From Malacoraja senta (Eukaryota): a DNA stretch of 64,000 nucleotides. Shown here piece after piece: positions 1 to 11,384 of this stretch. Numbering within the stretch: the stretch's first letter is position 1; every line of letters begins with the position of its first letter. The stretch lies in NCBI GenBank assembly GCA_038087875.1, contig JAXLNO010000481.1, positions 1-64,000 of the forward strand. Direction: 5' to 3'. The notes under the pieces are model-generated. The model was not told where the DNA came from. It saw only the letters and a list, made by a program, of their open reading frames with translations, and made no database searches. The position numbers and the translations under genes are program-made.

Positions 1-743
1 CAACAGTCTCTCTGTCTTTAAGACGGAACTGCAGATGCTGGAAAATCGAAGGTACACAAAAAAAACCTGTATATCATCAGCGGGTGCAGCAGCATCTTTG
101 TTTCATTTGAAATAGGCAACGTTTCGGTAGAAAACCAGTCTGAGAATGGGCTTCGACCCAAAGGGTTGCCTATTTCCTTCGCTCCATAGATGCTCCTGCA
201 CCCGCTGAGTTTCACCAGCTTTTTTTGGTGTACCAGTCTCTCTGTCTCTCCCCTCTCTCTCTGTCTCTGCCCTGCTCTCTTCACAGCCCGCAGCTCAACT
301 CATGAACACCCGCTCAAACCCCCCCCCTTCACCTATCTCCCACATCCTCTCCTTCCTCTCTCCACACCCTCCTCTCTCCCCCTCCTCTCCCACCCTTCCT
401 CTCCCCCCTTCCTCTCCACCCTCCTCCTCCCCCTCTTCAATTGTTTTAAAAATATAACATTAAATTTACTCTATCTGCCCCCCCCTCTAGACGCACCTGA
501 GAGGTGAGGGCTATGCTTCAGTGGATAGGGTGGAGATGGGATAAAAGAAGCAAATTAAAAAATTAAGATAATATCAAGGGTTGTGATGAGTGTTGGTGTT
601 TGTGGGTGCCAGATTCCCACCCCGCAACGTGCTTTGGAGCAAAGGGGGTAGTTAGTGTGATGCCACAGCACCCCCTCCCCCCCGCCCCCCACACGCAAAC
701 GCAAGTTCGGTGTCCAGACCCAACGGGTCTGCACTTGGTCTAG
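1..743 (+). mobile_element. Non-autonomous Helitron, 3' part (5' end outside window)
   Basis: Ends in hairpin CAGACCC-AAC-GGGTCTG followed 8 nt later by CTAG|T, the canonical Helitron 3' terminus. Confidence 0.75.
26..236. repeat. Penelope-like inverted-repeat (palindromic) module; further copies at ~3306-3510, 5128-5312, 12430-12634, 16496-16700
   Basis: Arm GGTACAC..CAGCGGGTGCAGCAGCATCT..GAAATAGGCAAC is mirrored by GTTGCCTATTTC..AGATGCT(C/G)CTGCACCCGCTGA..GTGTACC; the centre has a degenerate CTGAnGA..GAAA-like motif. Confidence 0.55.
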
Positions 744-1222
744 TATACGTTTAAAACTCTCTGGCTGTCGTCCGTCTGTACGTCTGTACGTCCGTACGTC
801 CAACGTTCTGCTTGACCTGTGCCGCCTTTGATACCGCCCCTGGCCCACACAGCGTGCGGAAAGGCCCATATTTTTTACCATTTCCAAACAGATGACATTT
901 ATCTTTACGAATAGCCACTCCTGATTAAATTCGGTCGTGTTTATGTACACGTTTTTTTTAATAAAATCCATCCCCCCCACCCCCATGTGATTTTCGCCGA
1001 TTGTCTCCGATTTTCTCCGAAAACGACGCCATCTTTTTTCGCCGATTTTCTCCGAAAACGACGGCATCTTTTTTTCGCCGATTTTCTCCGATTTTTTCCG
1101 AAAACGACGCCATCTTTTTCTCCACCATTTTCATCCCGGGGTCTGAAGCACGTTCGGGAACAACACCCCGGGGTGTCAAGCACTTTCGGGGACCAGACCC
1201 AACGGGTCTGCACTTGGTCTAG
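744..1222 (+). mobile_element. Non-autonomous Helitron (tandem copy 2)
   Basis: Starts with AT-rich TATA..TAAAACTCT plus GTCC/GTCT microsatellite; ends in the same hairpin + CTAG|T; internal CGCCGATTTTCTCCGA repeats. Confidence 0.75.
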
Positions 1223-1233
1223 TATAGATTAAA

Positions 1234-1266
<33 letters not shown>

Positions 1267-1775
1267 CTGCTTGACTTGTGCCAGCCAGCCCCTTTGATAC
1301 CGTGCTACGCCAACACCGCATGCAGAAACGCCGAGATTTTTTCCATTTTGGTAGAGATTTCATTTTTCTTTACGATTAGCCACTCCTGATTACATTTCGT
1401 CGTATTCATGTACACATTTTTAAATAAAATCCATCACCCCCCCCCACTCACTCATTTTTTCTCCTCCTGCTGGTCAGCCACCATAACGGCTGCTGTCGAC
1501 CGCCTCTGCTCCGAAAACACCGCCATCTTTTTTTCGCTAGCGATTTTCACCCAACTGAATCACGTTCGGACTCTAAAACCCAGGGTTCTGAAGCATGTTC
1601 AGTGTCCAGGGGGCCTGAAGCACGTTCTGAATATTCACCCAGGGGTCTGAAACATGTTCTGGTTTTTTTTCGCTAATGATTTTCACCCCAGGGTCTGAAG
1701 CACGTTCGGGATCTCACACCCCGGGGTCTTAAGCACGTTCGGTGTCCAGACCCAACGGGTCTGCACTTGGTCTAG
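1223..1775 (+). mobile_element. Non-autonomous Helitron (tandem copy 3)
   Basis: TATAGATTAAAACTCT + (TG)n start; hairpin + CTAG end; internal GGGGTCTGAAGCACGTTC repeats. Confidence 0.75.
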
Positions 1776-4700
1776 CCTATTATATAAAACTCTCTGGCTG
1801 TCGTCCGTCTGTACGTCTGTACGTCTGTACGTCCAACGTTCTGCTTGACCTGTGCCGCCTTTGATACCGACCCGCGCCCGCGCGGCGCGCGGAAACGACG
1901 ATATTTTTAACCGTTTCTAAAGAGGTTACGTTTATCTTTACGAATAGACGATCCTGATTAAATTTGGTCGTGTTTATGTACGCTTTTTAAAATAAAATAC
2001 CTCTCCCCCCCCCCCAAACCAAACATTTCAAAATGTTTAAAAAACAGGTCAGCCGTAGAATGTTAGTAAAGATTCCGTTGTGTGATGTCACAATGCACAA
2101 TGGTCACAGATGTCCAATCGGAATGGATCCGTTTACATATGCCTTTGCGGCGGGCCCAGCCCCGGCCCCTCCCCCCCAACCCACGCAGCATTGGGCATTG
2201 TGACATCACAAAACGGAACCTTCATTTACATTCTATTGCTGAGAGCTGTTTGTTTAACATTTTGAAATGTCCCCATTCCCTATCCCCCCCACACACATGG
2301 CGACGCCCTGCGACACGTGTGACAAATCGAAATGAATCCGTTTACATATGCCTTTGCAGCAGCCCCAGCCCCTCCCCCCCCCACCCCCGCAGCCTGTGTC
2401 GAAGGGCGTCGCCACGTGTGTGGGGGTGATAGGGAATGGGGAAATTTCAAAATGTTTAAAAAAACAGCTCTCAGCAATAGAATGTAAATGAAGGTTCCGT
2501 TTTGTGATGTCACAATGCCCAATGCTCAAAGATGTCCAATCGAAATGGACCAATTTACATATGCCTGCAGCAGCAACAGCGCCAGCCCCTCCCCCCCACC
2601 CCGCAGCCTGTGACGAAGGGCGTCGTCACGTGTGTGGCAATAGAGAAAGAGGATTGGGGGTGATAGGGAATGGGAAACAGATGGACTGTCCCTACCCCTC
2701 CTACTTCCACTCTCCGTCCCCACTCTTCCCCCTCTCTCCTCTCCCCCTCCCTCCCCTCCCACCCCCTCCCTTCCCCCTTCACCACCCCCCATTCACCCCC
2801 ATCTCCCACCCACCCCCTTCACCTCTCTCTTGCACCACTCCCTGCTACCCCTCTGCCCCTCACTCCCCACTGTTCCCACCTCTCCCCCTCCCTCTCTCCC
2901 TCTCTTCCCCCTACTCCTCTCCCATTCCCTTCATCCCCTCCCCCCCTCTCCCCCCTTCCTGCCCTCCCCGCGCTCCTCCCACTCCAAACTCTCCTCCCCC
3001 TCCCTCTCACCCACCCTGATCTCCTCTCCCTCCCCAATATCTCCCCTTTCCTCTCCCCCCTCTCCCCTCCCACCCCTTCTCCCCACCCCGTCTCCCTCTC
3101 CCCTCCCACCCCCTGTCCTCTTCTCTCCCCACCCCGTCTCCCTCTCCCCTCTTCTCTCCCCCCTCCCCCCGAGTGTGTTTGGGGGTGGTTAGTGTGAGTT
3201 TGGGGGGTGGTGAGTGTGAGTGTGATGCCGAAGCCCCACCCCCCTCCCGCAAACGCGCGTTGGGAAAACAGCCCGCCAACAGTCTCTCTGTCTTTAAGAC
3301 GGAACTGCAGATGCTGGAAAATCGAAGGTACTAAAAAAAAACTGTATATCATCAGCGGGTGCAGCAACATCTATGGATCGAAGGAAATAGGCAACGTATC
3401 GGTAGAAAACCAGTCTGAGGATGGGCTTCGGCCAAAAGCGTTGCCTATTTCCTTCGCTCAATAGATGCTGCTGCACCCGCTGTGTTTCTCAAGCTTTTTT
3501 TTGTGTACCAGTCTCTCTGTCTCTCCCCTCTCTCTCTCTCTCTGCCCTTCTCTCTTCACAGCCCGCAGCTCAACTCATGAACACCCGCTCAAAACACACC
3601 CTTCACCTATCTCCCACATCCTCTCCTTCCTCTCTCCACACCCTCCTCTCTCTCCCCCTTCCTAGCACCCCTTCCTCTCTCCCCCTTCCTCTCCCCCCTT
3701 CTTCTCCACCATCCTCCTCCCCCTCTTCAAATTTTTTTAATTCTAACATTAAATTTTCCTCTCTCTGCCCCCCCCTCTAGACGCACCTGAGAGCTGAGGG
3801 CTATTCGTCAATGTATAGGGTGGTGATGGGTTAAAAGAAGCAAATTAAAAGGGTTGTGATGAGTGTGTGTGTTTGTGGGTGCCAGATTCCCACCCCGCAA
3901 CCGTGCTTTGGACGAAAGGGGGTGGTTAGTGTGACGCCACAGCCCCCCCCCCCCCCCCACCCGCAAACGCACGTTCGGTATCCAGACCCAACGGGTCTGC
4001 ACTTGGTCTCTCTCTCTCTCTTTCCCCATTCTCTCTCTCCCCATTCTCTCCCTCACCTTTCTCTCTCTCCCTTCGCTCTCTCTCTCCCTTCTCTCTCTCC
4101 CTTATCTCTCTCTCTCCATTCTCCCTCCCTTCTCTCTCTCTCTCTCTCTCTCCCTTCTCTCTCTCCCACTTCTCTCTCCTTTCACTCTCTCCCTTCTCTC
4201 TCTCCCTTCTCTCCCTCACAGCCCGCGACTCGACTCATGCACGCCCGCTCCAACCCCCCCTTCACCTCTCTCCCCATCCTCTCTTTCCTCTCTCCACCCC
4301 TCTCCTCTCTCCCCCTTCCTCTCCACCCTCCCTCCCCCTCTCCTCTTCTCTCCCCACCCCGTCTCCCTCTCCCCTCTTCTCTCCCCACCCCGACTTCCTT
4401 CCCCCCATCCCCCCAGAGTGTGTTTGGGGGTGGTTAGTGTGAGTTTGGGGGGTGGTTAGTGCGAGTGTGATGCCGCAGCCCAACCCCCCTCCCGCAAACG
4501 CGCGTTGGGAAAACAGCCCGCCAACAGTCTCTCTGTCTTTAAAATATGAATATAATATCAAGGGGTGTGATGAGTGTATGTGTTTGTGGGTGCCAGGTTC
4601 ACACCCCGCAACCCTGCTTTGGAGGTACAGACCCAACGGGTGGTTAGTGTGACGTCACAGCCCCCCGCCCCAAACGCACGTTCGGTGTCCAGACCCAACG

Positions 4701-5827
4701 GGTCAGCACTTGGTCTGCACTCCCCACTCTTGCCCTCTCCCTCCCTACCTCTCTCCCTCCACCCTCCATCTCTCCCTCTCTTCCCCTACTCCTCTCCCCC
4801 TCCCCTCATCCCCTCCCCCCCCCTCTCCCCCCTTCCTGCCCTCCCCGCTCTCCTCCCACTCCAAACTCTCCTCACCCTCCCTCTCACCCACCCTGATCTC
4901 CTCTCCCTCCCCAATCTCTCCCCTTTCCTCCCCCCCCCTCTCCCCTCCGTCCCCCTCTTCCCTCCCCTCCCTCCCCTCTTCTCTCCCCACCCCGTCTCCT
5001 TCTCTCCCCCTCCCCTCCTCTCCCCAACTACGTCTCCCTCTCCCCACTCCCCCCGCCTGTGTGTTTGGGGGGGTGGTTAGTGTGAGTGTGATGCCGCAGC
5101 CGCAGCCCCCCCCCCTCCCCAAACGCAAGGTAAACAAAAAAATGAAGTATAAACTCAGCGGGTGCAGCAGCATCTTTGAATCGAAGGAAATAGGCAATGT
5201 TTCATAACAAAACACGTCTGAAGATGGGTTTCGGCCACAAACATTGCCTATTTCCTTCGCTCCATAGATGCTGCTGCACCCGCTGAATTTCACCACCTTT
5301 TATGGGTGTACCAGTCTCTCTGTCTCTCCCCTCTCTCTCTCTCTCTGCCCTTCTCTCTTCACAGCCCGCAGCTTAACTCATGAACACCAGCTCAAAACAC
5401 CCCCCTTCACCTATCTCCAACATCCTCTCCTTACTCTCTCCACACCCTCCTCTCTATCCCCCTTCCTCGCACCCCTTCCTCTCTCCCCCTTCCTCTCCCC
5501 CTTCCTCTCCACCCTCCTCCTCCCCCTCTTCAATTTTTTTTAATTCTAACATTAAATTTTCACTCTCTGCCCCCCCCCCTCTAGACGCACCTGTGAGGTG
5601 AGGGCTATTCGTCAGTGGATAGGGTGGAGATGGAATAAAAGAAGCAAATTAAAAAATTAAGATAATATCAAGGGTTGTTATGAGTGTGTGTGTTCGTGGG
5701 TGCCAGATTCCCACCCCGCAACCGTGCTTTGGAGCAAAGGGGGTGGTTACTGTGACGCCACAGCACCCCCCCCCACCCGCAAACGCACGTTCGGTGTCCA
5801 GACCCAACGGATCTGCACTTGGTCTAG
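1776..5827 (+). mobile_element. Composite non-autonomous Helitron (copy 4) with bypassed internal terminators
   Basis: 5' CTATTATATAAAACTCTCTGGCTGTCGTCC; internal hairpins lacking CTAG near 3983-3999 and 4689-4705; final hairpin + CTAG|T at 5827; CT-rich tracts and Penelope-like modules inside. Confidence 0.65.
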
Positions 5828-6500
5828 TATACTTATAAAACTCTCATCTTGTATGTGTGTGTGCGTGTGTGTGTGTGTGTGTTTTTGTATCTTCGCCAAA
5901 ATGCTATGCGGTAGCGCTGACATTTTTACAGAATCTTACTCACATTTTTCCAGTCGTCGCGATAATCATTTTCCCTTCAGATTTGATGCTATATTTCACA
6001 AGTTATTGATGATTAATGTTTTTAAAAAAAGGCTAAAACCGGCTTCTGAGAGAGAGAGTCTTCCAGCAGCTTCCAGTGATGATGTCACAATGCCATCTCA
6101 CAGTCCACCAATCACAATGGGCTCTCATTTACATAAGCGGCCGAGTGCGACAATGACATCACAATGGGACGTTGCCAATGGTAAAGGCAGCAACAGCTTG
6201 AAGGAGAGGTTGCCAATGGTAACGACAGCAGAAGCAGAAGGGGATGCTGCTCGCCGCCATCGACAGAGAGAGGAGGCGAGGGGGAGAGAGGTAGAGGGAG
6301 AGAGAGAAAGAGAAAGAAAGAGTGTGCTGCGTTGGGGGAACTGGTGAGTGGTGGAATATTGCATTGGGGGTTGCCAACGGTAACGCCAGCAGCAGCTTGA
6401 AAGAGAATGCTGCTCGCCACCATCTTCAGTCCGACTGGGCCGCACAATTGGGGGGTGGGGGGAGTGTATGACGGAGGGAGGGGTCGAGTCAAAACTCGAG
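5828..6500 (+). mobile_element. Probable further Helitron-family 5' portion; 3' end not resolved
   Basis: Begins TATACTTATAAAACTCTC + (TG)n directly after CTAG, like the other copies; no CTAG terminus found. Confidence 0.45.
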
Positions 6501-6798
6501 TCTATTCATTGACTCAAAGATTGATTGGCGTTTAACACAAAAAAACATAACTTTCCTCTGACGCCACCCGCACCCCCCCCCCACCCCCCCCCCCCACACG
6601 TCGAGTACACGCTGCCCGCCAACAAAAGATTATCACTACCTTGGTACATGTGACAATAATAAATCTCCACGTCCTATCATTCCAGACCCATTGTAGCAAG
6701 CCGTGCTCAGCAAGGTGTGCAAACCAAGCATAGCAACAAGATCTCCTGGTGAGCCGCATGCGGCAAGAGGCCATACCCCGGCAGCAGGCCTGGCTCAC

Positions 6799-6848
6799 CC
6801 ACAGCTGATCCAGTAGAGGGGCCCCTGCTTGCCCTGGAAGACCAGGAA
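6799..6848 (-). CDS. Candidate downstream exon F (50 nt; (V)PGLPGQAGAPLLDQLW in phase 1)
   Basis: Acceptor CTCCTCTCCAG and donor GTGAGC on the minus strand, in unique GC-rich DNA downstream of the exon array. Confidence 0.35.
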
Positions 6849-7063
6849 CTGGAGAGGAGGTTGGAGGGAGTCTGCAGTGCACACTGGACAAATGGCACAA
6901 ATATACCCAGGCTGTTGGCTGTGGCAGCGAGCAAGAGATTGCCGGTAAGCAGACCGGCTGCAGGAGGCAGTGCACCGTTACAGTGAGTGGGCTTCTGGAG
7001 GCTCTGCAGATGGGTTGTGTTGTGCACCACCCCACGACACATAGCGAGAGGATCAAACGTGAC

Positions 7064-7136
7064 CTGCAGCTGCACGGAGCGGTGGAGTAGCAGTAGATGT
7101 TGAGGACACCAACGCCTACACTTGCCCAGGTCGACC
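7064..7136 (-). CDS. Candidate downstream exon E (GRPGQV*ALVSSTSTATPPLRAAA, or starting at 7115 if the TAG acts as acceptor)
   Basis: TTGCAG acceptor, weak donor CAG|GTCACG; Ser/Thr-rich frame, but in-frame TAG at 7116-7118. Confidence 0.22.
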
Positions 7137-7557
7137 CTGCAACGCCGCCAGGACAACAGGGCTTCATGGTTCGGCTAAGAAACTCTGCGCTTACAAAAAC
7201 TAGTTCCTGTAAATGGTTCCAAGACTGGTGACTTTTGTGTACTGTGCAATTTACTATTTCTATGTACTTGCACTGTATCTAAGATGTGATTATGGATAGT
7301 AATACACACTGAACTACTAAAACTGAATCACTGTTCCTCTGTACATGTCACAATAAAGTATCATTGAACATTCCACTGATCTGACATTTTTCATTCTTTA
7401 CACCGTTTTACCACTTTAGTGCCCATAACACCTCAGCAGTTGCTCTGCCCTGGTCTAATCCTCCGTGAAAACACACCCCAATTTTCCAGCCCCAAGTTAC
7501 AAACCTTCACTGAAGCCTTCAATCCACCCACCAATCACTTTAACTCCCTCTTGCATT

Positions 7558-7625
7558 GCACGGTGGTACAACAGTGGAGTTGCCGCCTTACAGAGTCATA
7601 TGATTGACCCGAGTGTGTTGGATCA
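7558..7625 (+). mobile_element. Degraded tRNA-derived SINE head (HE1/V-SINE-like)
   Basis: GCACGGTGGTACAACAGTGGAGTTGCCGCCTTACAG..GACCCGAGT resembles the A-box head of elasmobranch SINEs, from recall. Confidence 0.4.
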
Positions 7626-7766
7626 TGCTCGTACTCGCTGGTCAGCTCACTGTATATCAAACTAAACCCCACGTGGAGACATAATGAACTGCATGTGCTG
7701 TTTACGAAAAAAGACACAAAGGGCTGGAGTAACTCAGCGGGTGAGGCAACATTTCTGGAGTCCAAC

Positions 7767-7792
7767 CTCAGTCCAAGGGGGATTGTTGTCCA
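7767..7792 (-). CDS. Candidate micro-exon D (26 nt; (V)DNNPPWTE)
   Basis: GTTTGTTCTGCAG acceptor, GAG|GTTGGA donor, 74-nt intron after exon C. Confidence 0.22.
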
Positions 7793-7866
7793 CTGCAGAA
7801 CAAACTACCGTCCTCTCCAAAAGCTGGCTGCAGGGACAGGTGATAACGTGTGAGGTGGCTTGGTAC

Positions 7867-7962
7867 CTGAGGATGTGTCTCCCACTGGAACAGAAGATGG
7901 TTCCTGGGTGGAATCTCCAGTCGATGATCCCTGGGTATGTTCCCTTGTGGACCTCTGGGGAA
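7867..7962 (-). CDS. Exon C of repeat protein (96 nt): VPQRSTREHTQGSSTGDSTQEPSSVPVGDTSS
   Basis: TTCCAG|TTCCCCAG ... TCCTCAG|GTACCA; same length class, phase and TCAG|GTA end as exons A and B. Confidence 0.7.
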
Positions 7963-7970
7963 CTGGAATA

Positions 7971-8265
7971 GACAATAGACAATAGGTGCAGTAGGCCATT
8001 CGGCCTTTTGTGCCAGCACCGCCATTCAATGTGATCATAGCTGATCATCCACAATCAGTACCCCGTTCCTGCCTTCTCCCCATATTCCCTGACTCCGCTA
8101 TTTTTAAGAGCCCTATCAAGCTCTCTCTTGAAAGTATCCAGAGAACCTGTCTCCACCGCCCTCTGAGGCAGAGAATTCCACAGAGTCACCACTGTGAGAA
8201 AAAGTGTTTTTCATCTCCATTCTAAATGGCTTACTCCTTATTCTTAAACTGTGGCCCCTGGTTCT
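7971..8265 (-). mobile_element. CR1-clade LINE 3' end, 5'-truncated
   Basis: (CTATTGT)n tail and shared CR1 3' UTR; GAATA on both flanks (7966-7970, 8266-8270). Confidence 0.8.
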
Positions 8266-8375
8266 GAATAAAGTCCACGAATAAAGTAACAGAGAGACAG
8301 AAGTGTGGCAACACTACAACAGGTCATCAGACTTTGAGATGTGTTCAGCAATCATCTGATCTCCCATCACCCAGC

Positions 8376-8601
8376 TCTGGAACTCTCTGCCACAGAAGGT
8401 AGTTGAGGCCAGTTCATTGGCTATATTTAAGAGGGAGTTAGATGTGGCCCTTGTGGCTAAAGGGATCAGGGGGTATGGAGAGAAGGCAGGTACGGGATAC
8501 TGAGTTGGATGATCAGCCATGATCATATTGAATGGCGGTGCAGGCTCGAAGGGCCGAATGGCCTCCTCCTGCACCTATTTTCTATGTTTCTATGTTTCTA
8601 T
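8376..8601 (+). mobile_element. CR1-clade LINE 3' end
   Basis: Matches the 3' end of the CR1 at 57700-60960 (WNSLPQ..GIRGYGEKAG); (TTTCTATG)n tail. Confidence 0.85.
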
Positions 8602-9904
8602 CTCCTTCAGAAACCCCCCTCCCTCCCCCCCTTTTGAGTCAGGGCAAATTTCAGCATCTGACCATAGAGCACAGAACAGGTCCATGGGTCCACCTCATTC
8701 ATGCGACCTATCTGTTAGTCCAATTGTCCACATATTGCCCATATTACACTAAAGCTTTATTATCCATGCACCTGTCCGAGGGTATTTTAAACGTAGTTAT
8801 TGTATCTCCCTCAACTATCTTCTCTGGCAGCTCGTTCCATACTTCCACCGCACTCAATGAAATGGTTGCCCCTCATGTTCTTATTAAACATTTCCCCCGT
8901 CATCTTAAATGTATGTCCTCTGGTTCTTGCTTCCCCAATTGTGGATCAAATAAGTTGTGAATTTACCCTAACAACTCCCATCATAACCTTAAGCCTTCTT
9001 TACCACATATCTACCTGTGACTCCACTTTCAGGGAACTCTATGTCATTCACTGTGTTGGTCCTGTCCAGTTTGTTTCCCATAATGCAACCATGTATTGAC
9101 GATAGGGAAGAACCTTCCCTTTTATGAGCCAGGAAATGAGCCTTGCCTGTACAAAATACATTCTCCTCAAGCTCCCCACTTATTTCCACTTCATCCTCAA
9201 TCTCATGGTCATAAATTCATGTCATGGAACAGAATGAGGCAATTCGGCCCATCGACTATTCATGGTTGATATATCGTTCCCAATCAACCCTATTCTCCTG
9301 CCTTCTCCTCTAAACATTTGACCAACTTCTGTAAGTCTCCACTTTAAAAATACCATCATCTTGGAGATACCAATGTCCTCAGCCTTTGTGGCAATGAATT
9401 CGACAGATTCACCACCCTCTGGCTCAATAAATCCTCCTCAGCTTCTTTCTAAAGGTACGACTCTTTATTCTGAGGCTGTGCCCACTCGTCCTATACTCTT
9501 TCAATACTGGAAACATCCTCTCCACATCCACTCTATCTAGGCCTCTCATTATTAGGGTAAGTTTCCATGTGATCTCCCCTCATCTTTCTAAACTCCAGTG
9601 AGTACAGGCCCGATCTCCAGTCACACATTCCCTTCTTAACGGACGTTTATTTCTCCTACACTTACTGGTTTCATACATTGCTACTTGTCCTTTCTTCTCT
9701 CTCCATGACTCTCCGCCCCTCACTCTGAATCTCTACCCTCTCCGCAACGCTCCAACTCCACTCTCCCTGGGGTATTCTCCTCCCCCCCACTCCAGTCCCC
9801 CTCCTCCCCCACTACACTCTCTGCTCCTCCACTCCAGGCCCTCTCTTCTCATGTTCTCCTCCCTAACCCATCCCCTGCTGCTCCAATGGTCCCTCCATCG
9901 ATAC

Positions 9905-9997
9905 CTGAGCTTGAATCTTGTTCTGGGACGGTGGACAAATCATCCTGGGGTTGGTCTGTTGTTTCCTGGGGTTCCCCAGTTGGTACGGAGTGTGGAT
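9905..9997 (-). CDS. Exon A1 (93 nt): DPHSVPTGEPQETTDQPQDDLSTVPEQDSSS
   Basis: CTTTATTACAG|ATCCA ... GCTCAG|GTATCG; symmetric, open. Confidence 0.78.
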
Positions 9998-10144
9998 CTG
10001 TAATAAAGTGTGGACAGACAGTGGGTGTAGTGGGGAAATAATCCAGCAGCTCTGAAGTGCACGGAAATGAGCCTTGTCTGGTGTTTCAGTGGGAGAGCAT
10101 TTTGTGAACAATGATCACAGTTTTAAGAGAGTTATGAATACACA

Positions 10145-11240
10145 ATGGACAATAGACAATAGGTGCAGGGGTAGGCCATTTGGCCCTTTGAGCCAGCACC
10201 ACCATTCAATGTGATCATGGCTGATCATCCCCAATCAGTACCCCGTTCCTGCTTTCTCCCCATATCCTCTGACTCCGCTATCTTTAAGAGCCCTATTGAA
10301 GGCATCCAGTGAACCTGCCTCCACCGCCCTCTGAGGCAGTGAATTCCACAGACTCACCCACTCTCTGTGAGAAAAAGTGTTTCCTCGTCTCCGTTCTAAA
10401 TGGCTTACTCCTTATTCTTAAACTGTGGCCCTGGTTCTGGACTCCCCCAACATCGGGAACATGTTTCCTGTCTCTAGCGTGTCCAATCCCTTAACAATCT
10501 TATGTGTTTCAATGAGATGCCCTCTCATCCTTCTAAACTCCAGAGTGTACAAGCCCAGCTGCTTCACTCTCTCAGCATATGACAGTCCCGCCATCCCGGG
10601 AATTAACCTTGTAAACCTACGCTGCACTCCCTCAATAGCAAGAATGTCCTTCCTCAAATTAGGGGACCAAAACTGCACACAATACTCCAGGTGTGGTCTC
10701 ACTAGGGCTCTGTACAACTGCAGAAGGACCTCTTTGCTCCTATATTCGATCCCTCTTGTTATAAAGGCCAACATGCCATTCGCTTTCTTCACTGCCTGCT
10801 GTACCTGCATGCTTACTTTCATAGACTGATGTACAAGGACCCCCAGATCCCGTTGTACTGCCCCTTTTCCCAACTTGATGCCATTTAGATAGTAATCTGT
10901 CTTCCTGTTGTTGCTACCAAAGTGGATAACCTCACATTTATCCACATTAAACTGCATCTGCCTTGCATCGGCCCACTTCCCCAACCTGTCAACCATGCAT
11001 TCTCGTAGCATCCTCCTCACAGTACACACTGCCACCCAGCTTTGTGTCATCTGCAAATTTGCTAATGTTACTTTGAATCCCTTCATCCAAATCATTGATG
11101 TATATTGTAAATAGCTGCGGTCCCAGCACAGAGCCTTGCGGTACCCCACTAGTCACTGCCTGCCATTCTGAAAGGGACCCGATAATCCCTACTCTTTGTT
11201 TCCTGTCTGCCAACCACTTCTCTATTCATGTCAGCACTCT
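10145..11240 (-). mobile_element. 5'-truncated CR1 LINE carried in every array unit (also ~14206-15301, 18270-19368, 21535-22633, 24802-28793 split, 32039-33140, 35560-36655, 45497-46593, 48792-49994)
   Basis: RT motifs [10 protein letters not shown] and FADDTKL, plus LVRPHLEYCVQFWSP; same truncation point in all nine copies; stops or frameshifts in several. Confidence 0.92.
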
Positions 11241-11312
11241 AACAGGTGTGTCTGGACCTTGAGGGAAGTATTAAATTGGGGCAAGGTACATTACAGCATT
11301 ATTAGACTGACA

Positions 11313-11384
<72 letters not shown>
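11313..11384. repeat. (CTAT)18 microsatellite; (CTAT)19 in the paralog at 15374-15449
   Basis: Read directly. Confidence 0.95.

Noticed and set aside
990..1745. Short interspersed repeats resembling a CRISPR array
   Set aside because: Irregular, degenerate minisatellites inside Helitrons, with no unique spacers and no cas genes in a eukaryotic context
190..5601. Many Pro/Leu/Ser-rich and Gly/Glu/Arg-rich ORFs
   Set aside because: Artefacts of CT-rich low-complexity tracts inside non-autonomous Helitrons
6532..7167. 211-aa Cys-rich ORF, and VDLGKCRRWCP as a possible cystine-knot start
   Set aside because: No recognisable cysteine spacing or domain; the 3' end runs into low-complexity sequence
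9863..10111. Recurrent ORFs MFTKCSPTETPDKAH.. and MGTTQEPQG..LDSHYL as stand-alone small genes
   Set aside because: They run through splice sites into intron or decayed LINE sequence; only the 93/96-nt cores look exonic
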